Of a DNA stretch of 55,177 nt, positions 38,362-50,627 are shown one piece after another. The translations under genes were made by a program, and so were the position numbers. Origin of the DNA: Octopus bimaculoides (lineage: Eukaryota); NCBI RefSeq assembly GCF_001194135.2, contig NC_068982.1, forward strand, positions 12,251,374 through 12,306,550, written 5' to 3'. Within the stretch, counting starts at the first letter, position 1. Each line of letters starts with the position of its first letter. The notes under the pieces were generated by a model. It was given only the letters and a program-made list of their open reading frames with translations. It had not been told where the DNA came from and made no database searches.

Positions 38362-38575
38362 TCAACTTTTGACTCAAGACCAGCAACTTTAATGAGATGG
38401 GTTTAGTTGATTACATCAACCCCAGTTCTTCACATACATATTCTATCCACCCTGAAAGGATGAAAGGCAAAATAGACCTCAGTGACATTTGAACTTAGCT
38501 TATAAAGAACCAGAGGAAATGCTGGGAAGCATTTTGTGTGATCGGCAAATAATTCTGCTAACTTGCTGCCATAAT
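38362..38575 (-). mobile_element. Family B SINE, tail-to-tail with the R4-like element
   Basis: Family B reverse-complement match starting right after the (AAT)n. Confidence 0.65.
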
Positions 38576-38817
38576 AGTATAGGTGTATATGGATATTGAA
38601 TAAACTGAGGCTCAGCCTTAAAATTATACTCTTTCCATTATATGGGGGAAAAAATAGATGGCCAAAATTCAATGCATATCAAATAACTCTGATTCACTTC
38701 TCATAAATTTTGACTAAGCTTCTGCCATTTTTCTTCTCTAAGTGCTACTTGATGATAGACATAAGAATTTTTTCTAAGACAGAAAATAAACTGATGTCTG
38801 CCTTTTGTGCTCCATAG

Positions 38818-38871
38818 CACTTCTTTTTATCCAAACAACCAGACAAAGGAAACTGATATGACATTGTATAG
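38818..38871 (+). CDS. Candidate 54-nt symmetric (phase 2-2) exon, unidentified
   Basis: Acceptor ccttttgtgctccatag, donor AG|gtgaga, open frame TSFYPNNQTKETDMTLY. No homology recognised. Confidence 0.15.
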
Positions 38872-40839
38872 GTGAGAAGTGTCTGTATAATTAGCAGGTG
38901 GAATTGATAGATAGTTGCATCCATCCTACACAAGATTGTAACTATTGTCTGATCGAGCCAATGGTGGTTAGCTGCCTCTATGCAGGCACTCAGTGTTTGT
39001 GAAATAACAGGCAAAGTTATTGTTAATCCTATCCTATTATCTAACAAAAAAATATATAGGGGCATCTTAGAGGATGTTTATGGCTGGAAAATCTTTGATC
39101 CAGAGCTAACCTGAGCCTAGATAACAATAACACCAGCAAGAACAACAGCAACAACTACAATGATGCCTGCTGTCTAAAGCTCAGATGTTCTGCATTAATC
39201 ATACAAACACTAACTTTAGAATTCTCTCTTTTTCCATGGCACACTAACATCTTCAGTTTTGTTAACTTTACTGAACAGAAAAGTTACTTTGCTAGCATAA
39301 GCTGAAAGTATTTTTATTCATTTATTTATTGTCTAATTAAGTATGGTGCCTTCAAGTTATATGTTGCTCAGCTGTGAGGCGAGAGTATTGTATGACTTCA
39401 TGTAGGTTTTAACTAGTACACCTTAACTTCATTTATAACTGAAACTTCCAAATTTTCTATTTTCCAAAACTATTGTTTTCAATTTATATGGTTTTATTCG
39501 AATATATGCACTGTTTCTTACCTAATTTATACTCCTTCCAGCATTTTTGTTTCTTTTTCTTCTAAATTGGATTTCTTCATAATATTTTATTATAGAATGT
39601 TTCTAAGTTGAAACATGCCTAGATTCATTTCAGCTTCACCACTATGTCTTCATTCAATTTTTCCCATAATTTAGAAGAATATAAGCAAGTTCCAACAACC
39701 TGCTTGAATCTGTGATTTGGTTTTGACTATCAGAATTTTTCAGTTCATGAATATTATTATTGATATTAAAGTAGTAATGGATGATATGATTTCTCTCTCA
39801 GTTCCTTTTTTTAAAAAGTCTTGTGTTAAATTAACTCTTAAATATAAATCTCCCATTCATGTTAGAAACTAGAGATTCTGATTAAATGGTGTGTTAGGCT
39901 AGTATAAAAATCATAAAAATAAAACTATTGCACAAATTTGGGTGAAATTTGGTGATAGAATGTAATGATTGTTGGTGTACATTGTAAATTTGGTTTTACT
40001 TTTTGTTGATTTTTATCGGTTGTCGTGTCACTGCCATGTACCCAGGTAGATTGAATACAGTTAAGTTAGCTTACATGTAGATGTTTTTACATGAATTTAC
40101 AAGATATCAGTTTCTGTCTCAGAACTGAATTTGTATTTTAGTAGTCTTTGTAACTTGGAAGTGGCACAATTGTAATTAGAAAAAGTATTGCTAGATATGC
40201 CTTCATTTTCCTTTATGTAATGAAGGTTGTGTTGTTTTGTTGATGCATATACTGTTTGGTCTCATTATTTATCCTGACAGAATTTCTTCAGGAAAACACT
40301 GAAGAAAATTCTTCAAAGTTGAACGTTTTGTAGGGCCCACACTACAAAGAAGAGCATTGATGTAATGATCAACTATGGGGTCATTTTAGCCCTGCACAGA
40401 ATCAATAAATCCCAAAATAAATTCCAGTCAGATAGACTGTTGGTGTTTACATATGACAGTGAAATATCACAGAGTATCTTCTTGGAATCAAAGCTCTCTT
40501 TCTCTAATTAAATCATAAATAAATTCATTCATTAACAAATAAATCACTGAATTCTCATAGCTTGAGGTATTTGCTTCCATAAAGATTGTAAAAAACCCAA
40601 ACTTCATCCAATAAATTACAAAAAAGCAAAATTAAAAAATATTAGTTAAAAAGTTAATGCACATGGTGAAAATAGGTTAAACTTTGTTTTTCACACAGAA
40701 GAGGACTTAGTACTATTTTTCTACCCCAATAAATTACATTTCTTGAATTGCACTTATTTGTGGTTCAGGACTCGGCAACAGCTGTAGTTACTTGTAGTAC
40801 AGAGCTTTGAGTTAAATAATATTTTTTATTCTTGTAGTG

Positions 40840-40870
<31 letters not shown>

Positions 40871-40875
<5 letters not shown>

Positions 40876-41024
40876 CAGAATGAGACAAAAAATCCAAGGC
40901 TGTGAAGGATTTCAGAACATTTATAAAGAGAAGCCTGGTGCAACCTCCTGGCTTCCCAGACCCCAGTTGAACCGTCCAACCCATGCCAGCATGGAAAACA
41001 GACGTTGAACGATGATGATGATGA
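40871..41024 (+). mobile_element. Truncated arm of the 9071 fold-back family (40871-40930) fused to a family D 3' end
   Basis: attaacagaatgagacaaaaaatccaaggctgtgaaggatttcagaacatttataaagaga matches 9071-9130, then gcctggtgcaacc...gacgttgaacgatgatgat. Confidence 0.75.
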
Positions 41025-42164
41025 TATGTATGTATGTATCTTAAAGATATTATGGTTATGATATGAAGGAGATGTGGCTGTTATTTTGAGCAAGTAGAGA
41101 AACAACACAGAAAACTGAAATATTGGAGAGGAGTGGAAAATAGCTATACTTTATATCAAATTATAAATATTATTATTTACTTCCAAATATGTATTTTTTG
41201 TATGTACAATGCACAAACTTCAGAAATTTCGGTTATACAAACAAAATTTTAAATATAAAAATCAAATATATATATTTTTGTATGCGCAGTCCATAACCTG
41301 TATATTTTTATTGTACAAACAACATTTTGAGTGTGAAAACGAACTGTTACAAGGACTTGTTTGAAAAAGAGACTTAGATTTGATTAGCAATCTTATATGA
41401 ATAGCTCAATCACCTTGCTTTGGGGAGAAGAAATATGCAAGGAATATATGTATTATAAATCACAATACCTGTGCAGGTGGCACGTAAAAAACACCATTTG
41501 TCAGTGAACAGGTTGTGGTCTCAAAGCGACGAAAATATTTTGGCAAATTCAATTTAAATGTTGAAGTGAATCTTATGGTTTTTGTCCATTTTTAAATGGC
41601 TTATAAACACCTTCCACACTGCATTTGTTTTCGTTCCAGCACACAATCTCAGATCAGGTCACTTGCTATGTAAGTATATCTCCGTATAAAATTGATTAAG
41701 TTGTATTTAAAAGAAATAAAAAAAAGAGATTATTATTTAATTATTGGTCAAGATTAATGCTGTAAAAGAGTGAAAAATATTAGTTTTAATTGGCTTTTAT
41801 ATCAAGGGTAAAAAAAAATGAGAAAATATAGAATTGTATCTCATACCATAAATAGGTCACTGAAAATATTCTTTGATGAAGTGAATATAAACATCAAGTA
41901 AGATTTAAGACTTGTTTATGGAGCAGCATAGGCAATAGAATGTGAAAATATTGATAAATAAGGATAATATTTTCATCTTTGAAGATTAAAAACATATAAG
42001 GAAAACAGGTTTTGTTGTTTGCTCATTATTATTTTATAAAGTTTACTTAACATGTTTTGAAACTAATGTGAAACTAGTTTTTTGCAGGAATTGAGCAGTA
42101 AAATATTTTTGTTAAAGTATGTTTTTAATTAGCTAAACAACATAATTACTATGATAACGAATCT

Positions 42165-42575
42165 TTTTATCCTTTACTTGTTTCAGTCCATTGGACTGTG
42201 GCCATGTTGGGGCAACCCCATGATGAGTTATTAGTTGAACAAATCAATCACTGCACTTATTTTTAAAAAGTGTGGTATGTATTCTATCAGTGTCTTGTTC
42301 CAAACTACTATGTCATAGGGATGTAAACAAACTAACACCAGTTGTTAAGTGGTGGGTGACAAAGACACACGCACACACACACACACACACACATGCATAC
42401 ATGTACACAGACACCACCAGCTTCCACAGAGTTTCAGTCTATGAAATTCATTCACAAAACATTGATCAGACCTCGCCTATAGTAGACACTTTCCTGAAGT
42501 GCTGGGCAGTGGGATTAAACCTGGAGTCACATGGCTGCAAAGAGAACCTTTTAACCACACAGCCATACCAGGGCC
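42165..42575 (-). mobile_element. Family A SINE, diverged
   Basis: Reverse-complement match to both halves. Confidence 0.7.
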
Positions 42576-42915
42576 TATTCATAGCCATACTTGCATCTAT
42601 GCTTGTGCTTATAATATTGAAAATTATCAATGACTTAGCTGCCTCTGATTTTTCTATGTGAAATACTAATAGATTATTGGTACCAATGATGGAAATGGTT
42701 TGATGGAACTAAGTGTATAATAAGCTTTATCCAAGTTGTATGGTTGGGGATCACAAGGATGTCCATCAAAGATGAGTGGAGTGAGCTTTCAATGACATTT
42801 TGACTTCTTAATTTAGCCTGGAATACAGATGTTTATCCCTCAGAATACTGTAATAAATACATTATTTACATTATTTACATTCGTCAGATATTTGTCCTCA
42901 TCTTGTTTGTTGTTA

Positions 42916-42961
42916 ACACAATGTTTTGGCTGATATACTCTCTCCAGGCTTCATCAGGTGT
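42916..42961 (-). ncRNA. Minimal type I hammerhead-like motif (degenerate)
   Basis: Minus strand: ACAC-CUGAUGA-AGCCUGGAGAGAGUAUAUCAGCC-AAAAC-AUU-GUGU. Confidence 0.55.
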
Positions 42962-43025
42962 CTTGGGGAAATTTTGAACCTGCGTTCTAATTCCTAAGGT
43001 ATTTTTTGATGTAATTATTATTATG

Positions 43026-43060
<35 letters not shown>

Positions 43061-43130
43061 CTGACCTGAATAATAATAATAATAACATTATACCTTAGCA
43101 ATGAGAGCCCAGGTTCAAAATTTCCCCAAG

Positions 43131-43174
43131 ACACCTGATGAAGGCTGGAGAGTATATCAGCCAAAATGTTGTGT
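43131..43174 (+). ncRNA. Minimal type I hammerhead-like motif (degenerate)
   Basis: ACAC-CUGAUGA-A-GGCUG/GAGAGUAUAU/CAGCC-AAAAU-GUU-GUGU. Helix I is ACAC/GUGU and helix II is GGCUG/CAGCC. The GAAAC differences are CpG-type transitions. Confidence 0.6.
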
Positions 43175-43607
43175 TAACAACAAACAAGATGAGGACAAAT
43201 ATCTGTCAAATGTAAATAATGTAAATAAATTACATAATTCCTCATCTCTTAAATATTGAACTGTACTGTAATATATATATATATATGCTCATTTCCAAGA
43301 CCTTTAAATAGTTAATGAAGCTTATGCCAATATATTTTGATGGAAATCCAAACCAGAAGATTTCCTCTATTGTCTGTAAACAATTTTATTTGAGAGTTCA
43401 CAGCTTAACAACTTAAAGACACAAGGATCCAGTGAACTGGTAAAATTTTGGCAACCACTTCACTGGGCAGATGAAATTCAAAAAAGTGATTCTGTAAAAA
43501 AAAACTTGGGCTTCAGACACAAAAATTTCTCAAATCTTTTCTGGTCAAAATGCTTAGCAACATCTCATCTATTTGTATCAATAAAATTTGTGCCAGTCAA
43601 TCACAGC

Positions 43608-43944
43608 TGAGACCCCCTTCGACCATGACTAACCATGGGATTGCACCTAGAAAGTTACCCTCCCAGGCATAAGTTCGGGCAAGGTTGTTTTATGGAAGAC
43701 CAGCAATTGCCCATGCATACCGGCCTCCTCTCTCCATGCCACCAGTGTTATCCAAGAGAAAGGCAAAGGCCAATACAACTTGGCACCTGTGACGTCGCAA
43801 CTCATTTCTACAGCTGAGTGAACTGGAGCAACGTGAGATAAAGTGTCTTGCTCAAGAACACAATATGCAGCCCGGTCTGGGATTCAAACTCACAACCTCA
43901 CGATCATAAGCACGATGCTCCAACCATTGAGCCATGCACCTTCA
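43608..43944 (-). mobile_element. Family C SINE, full length
   Basis: Close match to 47036-47376. Confidence 0.85.
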
Positions 43945-44139
43945 CTGGTCAATCACTGGTCAATCACCAGTTAATCACTGTTATCAATCTAATTGACTTA
44001 CACCCTCCCCTAAACTTGCTGGCCTTGTGCCAAAATTTGAAACTGATACTATATATTCATTGAACACTGGGTTCTATCTCATCGACTTACCCTCCCCTTA
44101 AAATTGCTGGCCTTGTGCCAAAATCTGAAATCAATATTG

Positions 44140-44477
44140 GATGTGCTAGTGGCACATAGAGGCAGTGACAGGTGGCTGAGACATTTGGCAATATATTGTG
44201 CTTGTAAACATCTGTGAAGCCAAGTGAGATCATAGTTGTGGCCGATGCCGGTGTCACATCAATTGTATCTGTGTTGGTGGTACGTAAAAAGCAGCCGCTA
44301 CACTATTGGAGCGGTTCATGTTAGGAAAGGCATCCAGCCATAGAAACCATGCCAAATCAGATTGGAAATTGGTGCAACTCCCTGGCTTACCAGTTTTCAT
44401 TCAGTCAAACCGTCAAACTGTCCAACCCATGCCAGCATGGAAAGCAGACGTTAAATGGTGATGATGATAATGATGAT
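44140..44477 (+). mobile_element. Family D repeat
   Basis: ttaggaaaggcatccagccatagaaacc...gacgttaaatggtgatgatgat. Confidence 0.75.
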
Positions 44478-45289
44478 TATACTAGCCTACCAAATTAATT
44501 ATAAAATATTTCTTTATTGAATGCTTTCGTTCTTTCAAGTTCAAATTCTGCCAAGGTCAACTTTGCCTTTCATCCTTTTTTTCTTGGATTGAAATGGGGG
44601 GGGGTCGATAAATTAAGTACCAGTTGAGTACAGGTGTTGATGTAATCAATGAACCCCCCCCCGTCCTTGAACCTGCTAGCCTTGTGCCAAAATCTGAAGC
44701 CATTATCATTCATTTTTATCTTTCATTTTTGAACACCTTTGTTACTTCATAGTGTGAGAGAAGCATTGTTGACAGGTATCATTCTCATGCTACAGAAATA
44801 TACAAGACAATACCCATAGCCTTAAGGCTGAACAAAATGTAGAACAATACCTGTCTCACTATCTCCTCTACTATACTCATTAAACTAGCAAATACTGATG
44901 CATCACATTTTGGCAGAGTTGCTGCCTGGTGGGAGGTCATGGTTCATGTACCCTTGTAATGTTTTGGTATTTTGTGCTATTACTGTGTTTTGCTACAATC
45001 GAATACATGCTGATATAACTAATGGTAAATTATACAGAATACTTAGAAGCCACGAGATTTGATGATAACAATGAATGGATAATAAAATATATTGGCATGG
45101 TTGTGTAGGTGAACAGTTTGCTCCTCAGCCACATGGTTTCAGGTTCAATCCCACTGCATGGCATCTTGGGCAAGCGTCTTCTGCTATCTGTTATAGCCCC
45201 AGGCCAACCAAAGTTTTATAAGTAGATTTGGTAGATTGAAACTGAAAAACAAACCATACTACACACTCTCTCTCTCTCACACACACACA

Positions 45290-45326
<37 letters not shown>

Positions 45327-45646
45327 TCTCCCTATCTCTCTCTCTCTCTCTCTCTCACCCCCCTCTCTCTCTCACCCCCCTNNNNNNNNNNNNNNNNNNN
45401 NNNNNNNNNNNNNNNNNNNNNNNNNNNNNNNNNNNNNNNNNNNNNNNNNNNNNNNNNNNNNNNNNNNNNNNNNNNNNNNNNNNNNNNNNNNNNNNNNNNN
45501 NNNNNNNNNNNNNNNNNNNNNNNNNNNNNNNNNNNNNNNNNNNNNNNNNNNNNNNNNNNNNNNNNNNNNNNNNNNNNNNNNNNNNNNNNNNNNNNNNNNN
45601 NNNNNNNNNNNNNNNNNNNNNNNNNNNNNNNNNNNNNNNNNNNNNN

Positions 45647-45692
<46 letters not shown>

Positions 45693-45724
45693 CGCTGAAA
45701 CATGCTGTATATTATATTATAAAA

Positions 45725-46070
45725 ATGTGGTCGATGCCAGTGCTACCTGACTGGCTCCTCTGCTGGTGACACATGAAAAAACACCATTTGAGCAAGGTCA
45801 TTACTAGTTCCACCTGACTGGCTCACTTGATGGTGGCTTGTAAAAAGCACCAATCAAGCATTGCCTAACTAGCCCTTGTGCTGCTGGCACGTAAAAAGCA
45901 CCCACTACTCTCTCGGAGTGGTTGGCTTTAGGAAGGGCATCCAGCTGTAGAATCTTTGCCACATCAGATTGGAGCCTGGTGCAGCCTTCTGGCATGCCAG
46001 CCCTCAGTCAAACCATCCAAGCCATGCCAACATGGTAAATGGATGTTAAACAATGATGATGATGATGATT
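45725..46070 (+). mobile_element. Family D repeat
   Basis: gcacgtaaaagcacccactactctctcggagtggttggctttaggaagggcatccagctg... with a (GAT)n tail. Confidence 0.8.
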
Positions 46071-47035
46071 ATGAAATATATATATGAATAGTGGTTCAGC
46101 AAAGGGGACCAATAAAAAGAATAAAAACTAGGGTTTATTTCTTTGACTAAACTCTTCAAGGGGATACCCCAACATGGCCGCAGTCCAATGACTGCAAACA
46201 AGTAAAAGATAAACAATAAAATTATAGAAAGATTTATAAGAAAATTTTTATTTACAGAAATTTAAGAAATGGTAACTATTGATGAATGTTTCCATTTATA
46301 AGGAATCATCTATAAAAAAAACCTCTAGAAATTGAAAAGTAGTTATATGATGTACCTAACATACTTCATGCCCTATTTCCCTCACTATTTAAGAAAGAAT
46401 AAGGTAACAAACTCACTGTTGAGATTTGAACCACATATGTATCACTGGTTGAGTGACCACATTATTGCCCAGGATTTGGGGGGGGGGGATTGTTGCCCAA
46501 AACTTTTGTAAAAAATACTGTATAAGGTGAGAATCAAAATTCGTAACAAATAGACTCATTTTTATGTATTCTAACTTCTTTCAGTTTCCATCTATCAAAT
46601 GCACTCAGAAGGCTTTGGCTGGCCTGAGGCTATAGTAGAAGACACTTGCTCTAGGTGCCATGCAGTGGGACTGAACCCAGAACCAAATGCATATGAAAGA
46701 GTAATGCTGTGAAACTGCTAGGAATAAAGTAATAACGTTATTATATATTTGCAATGGTGCATTGAGTATTGATTTACCTATGGAAAGTAGTGGCAAGTTA
46801 CACGTGTGTATCATAGCTTAATAACATGGTCACTTTATAATCCAAGTTAATGAAAGCAACAAGACCATCATTAAAGTTCAAGTTTGTATTTTCAAAATTT
46901 AATCCTTCTTAAGCCTTGGTCCTGATTTTTTGGTGTTGGTCCAGCTAGAAAGAGTGTTGCCCAGGCAACTAGGGCAACACCTTTGCATCCGCCACTCTGT
47001 TCCATCTTGATTTGATATTTACTCAGTGAGTTGTT

Positions 47036-47376
47036 GAGAGACCCCCTTCAGAGTTGGTCACGACCATGGGATTGCACCTAGAAAGTTCCCCTCCGAAGCA
47101 CAAGTCCGGGCAAGGTTGTTTATGGAAGACCAGTAGTCGCCCCTGAATACCGGCCCCCCTCTCCATGCCACCAGTGTTATCCGAGGGAAAGGCAAAGGGG
47201 CCGATACAGCTTGGTACCTGTGATGTCGTAACTCATTTCTACAGCTGAGTGAACTGGAGCAACGGGAAATAAAGTGACTTGCTCAAGAACACGACATGCA
47301 GCCCATTTCGGGATTCAAACTCACAACCCCATGAAAGTAAGCACGACGCTCTGACCACTGAGCCATGTGCCTTCAC
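47036..47376 (-). mobile_element. Family C SINE, full length
   Basis: Match to 43608-43944. Confidence 0.85.
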
Positions 47377-48128
47377 TACTCATTGAGTACCAGAGAAACT
47401 AAACTGATATGGAACAACAGAATAGCTACAGTGTCTTTAATTCCATGACATATGAACACGATTAAGAAGAGGTTGCATAATTCTTTCTACCCTTTCCAAT
47501 TCTGCTTCACCAAATAAAAGCCAAAATTGCACTTAGAATGCAAAATGTGAGGAAATTACTGGAAATTGGCTAACTGTTTCAACTTGTTGGCTCTCATCAT
47601 CCATGCATACCTTATTCTTGACATTGTGACGTGACAAATATTCGAAAGTAATTGGTTACAAGTTAACCTGGAGAGCTGTTATATGTGGAATAAAATTAAT
47701 TCTCCAAAAGAAAATAGAGCTGCATTTAACATGGTTTTGCCAGGCAAATATCATTGTATTAATCGTTCTTAAACTTGCCGAAAATAAAATATACAGACTT
47801 TGACTTCTGTAAACCTACATGCATGTGTGTGTGTATAAATGACCCTGAAAAAAAATGGAAATAACCTTGTGTATCATGGAGGTACTGAATTTGCTCAGGT
47901 GATTCTATTATTATTGCTTTTGTATATATATTTTGGGGAGTTAATCCAGTTAGGGTTGCTCTCTTCAAATCTGGAAATTTACATATTGTTTGAACAAATA
48001 TTTTGTTGCTTGATATTTTATCTACCACAAAACTACTTGTCTGTCATGTAAAGATTTCCATTGTGATTTTATAGATCTATATAAATCACAACATATCTCT
48101 TATTTTTCTATTTTTAGAACTTTTTATT

Positions 48129-48159
<31 letters not shown>

Positions 48160-48537
48160 TTTTGTAGTAGTTTTAATTGGTTTCAACCATGCATTATCAT
48201 TCGATAAAGCAAATCCAGTTGTCTCTTGTTAGTCTTTCTGAAATATCTGAATGAGTAAATATTGCTTTCAAGTATTGTTGCTAGGATAATATTCAAATAA
48301 TAAGAAAATATCTCTATACAGCTGTTGGAATTCCACATGTACATTTTGTATAATTCTAACTGCCTCTCACTCTTTACCAAATTTCTGCTCTTGGTTCTGC
48401 ATATAAATGTGATCCCTCTCTGACCAAATTTCTAATGCAATAGATTTCCTATGTGCTTTTATTAATTTTGAAAATATTCAAGAACTCAGAAGGATTTCTG
48501 AAAATGACTAACTTTTTACATTATTAAACATTTATCA

Positions 48538-48748
48538 AGTGGTGAGCTGCTAGAATCATTAGCATGCCGGCTGAAATGCTTAGCAGTATTTTGTCTTGCT
48601 ATATTCTGGTTTCAAATTCCGCCGAGATCGATTTTTGCCTTTCATCCTTTCAGGGCTAATAAATTAAATACCAGTTGCATACTGGGGTTGATCTAATCAA
48701 CGGGCTTCCTCCTCAAAATTTTGGGCCTTGTGCCTAGAGTAGAAAAGA
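48538..48748 (+). mobile_element. Family B SINE, full length
   Basis: gtggtgagctgctagaatc...ggtttcaaattccgccgag...ggccttgtgcctagagtagaaaag. Confidence 0.8.
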
Positions 48749-48884
48749 ATACACTTCCTATGTGTATTAATTAATTTTGGAAATATTCAAGAACTCAGAA
48801 GGATTTTCTGAAAATGACTGATTTTTACATTATTAAACAGTTATCAACGCAGTGAGCTAGCAGAATTGTTAGCATGCTGGAAGG

Positions 48885-48971
48885 CTATGCCAGGCTCCAG
48901 TCTGATTTAGCATGGTTTTCTATGGCTGGATGCCCTTCCTAACACCAACCACTCCAAGAGTGTAATATTTC

Positions 48972-49019
<48 letters not shown>

Positions 49020-49370
49020 NNNNNNNNNNTCATCGTTTAACGTCCACTTTCCATGCTAGCATGGGTTGGACGATTTGACTGAGGACTGGTGAAACCGGAT
49101 GGCTATACCAGGCTCCAATCTGATTTGGCAGAGTTTCTACAGCTGGATGCCCTTCCTAACGCCAACCAGTCTATGAGTGTAGTGGGTGCTTTTACGTGCC
49201 ACCCGCACAAGGCCAGTCAGTCGGTACTGGCCACAGCCATGCTCAAATGGTGTATTTTATGTGCCACCCGCACAAGAGCCAGTCCAGAGCCACTGGCAAC
49301 AATCTCGCTCGAAAGTCCATTACACATGCCACGGGCACAAGTCCCAGGTAGGCAACGCTGGGCTGCAGGT
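48885..49370 (-). mobile_element. Family D repeats (48885-48965 and 49030-49370)
   Basis: catcgtttaacgtccactttccatgctagcatgggttggacg...ggatgcccttcctaacgccaacc. Confidence 0.8.
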
Positions 49371-49647
49371 GTTACATTCCCAAACCCCTACAATAGGTGA
49401 AAATCCATTAAGTAGAAACAGTACTGTACTGTACATATTTTTAAAATTATTTTTATAATTTCTATAAATTTATTTTATCATAAATGCAAAACAACACCAC
49501 GGAGGAATCGATGTAAGCTTAAATAATAAGCAGCGATTGGTGAAACACGATATGGTAAGGGATTACTGTATGTATGTATATATACATATATATATAATTA
49601 AATTAGGCAGCAGTGTAGCAATGCATCACTAAAAAGGAAAATTATGA

Positions 49648-50040
49648 TTGTCATTAAATATGGCAGAGGGTGTTAGAATACTTACAATGCTAGGAGTATC
49701 ACAACTGCCAATTTCAGCCATTTACACTCGCTGTCAGTATGTATGTGTACAATTATGTGCATTCACTGCAGTATCAGAGTACCTTAGCTCTTCTTTCTAG
49801 CTGTGGGCGATCTTATCTGGAATCTGGTGAGTGGTGCCAACTCTACTGAAGAGGTTTCGGTCTTCAAGCCAAAATCGTTAACAGTATAACGATATCACGA
49901 TTGCCAATTTCGGCCATTTGCAGTCACTGTCAGTATGTAGGTATACAATTATGTGCGTTGACTGCAGCATCAGAGTGCATTAGCTCTTATTTCTAGCATT
50001 ATAGGTGTTCTAACACCATCTGTCGTATCTAATGACAATT
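49648..50040. mobile_element. Element with ~50-bp terminal inverted repeats, an internal ~105-nt direct repeat (period ~196) and a hammerhead-like core
   Basis: attgtcattaaatatggcagagggtgttagaatacttacaatgctag vs ctagcattataggtgttctaacaccatctgtcgtatctaatgacaat. Direct repeats at ~49697-49801 and ~49893-49998. Confidence 0.75.
49841..49900 (+). ncRNA. Type I hammerhead-like motif with a complete helix III
   Basis: CUGAAGA (49846-52); helix II GGUUU/AAGCC; AAAA (G12 to A); perfect 7-bp helix III AUCGUUA/UAACGAU; AUA triplet. Helix I is poorly paired. Confidence 0.55.
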
Positions 50041-50257
50041 TTTACTTTTTATGCATGTATATTTTTGTGTGTGTAAATATATGTATGTATAATGCATATA
50101 TATATATATGTATACATACACACATGCATGCACACACACACACTTATGCACATGCACAAAAGCACATGCATGTAAAAACTGCAAAGCAACTCAATAATGT
50201 GTTTGCACCACCAAAAAAAATCTGCAGTTTGCATGTTGTCACTGACAATGCACTTTA

Positions 50258-50592
50258 CACACACACAAGCACACACACAGATACACACACAAACAAACAC
50301 ACACAAGTACACACACACAAACATACACAAGCACACATGCACACACACACACAAGCACACACATATACACACACACAAACATACAAGCACACACACAAAC
50401 ATACAAGCACACACACACACAAACATACACAAGCACACATACACACACAGACACACAAACATGCACACACAAACACACACAAGCACACACACACAAACAC
50501 ACACAAGCACACACACATACACACACAAGCACACACACAAACACAAACACACACAAGCTCACATACACACACAAACATACACAAGCACACAT

Positions 50593-50627
<35 letters not shown>

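Larger units (their letters stand above)
42856..43263. mobile_element. Palindromic (fold-back) element with a (TTA)n/(TAA)n centre, two divergent hammerhead-like motifs and a 10-bp flanking direct repeat
   Basis: 42862-43060 is the near-perfect reverse complement of 43067-43228; tactgtaata at 42846-42855 and 43264-43273. Confidence 0.85.

Noticed and set aside
41640-41669. 30-nt segment with good acceptor and gtaagt donor
   Set aside because: Too short to evaluate, and the surrounding sequence looks like an unclassified repeat remnant.
46954-46980. Small palindrome gtgttgccc-N9-gggcaacac
   Set aside because: Adjacent to a tccgccact end typical of MITE termini; probably an internal hairpin of a transposon remnant.
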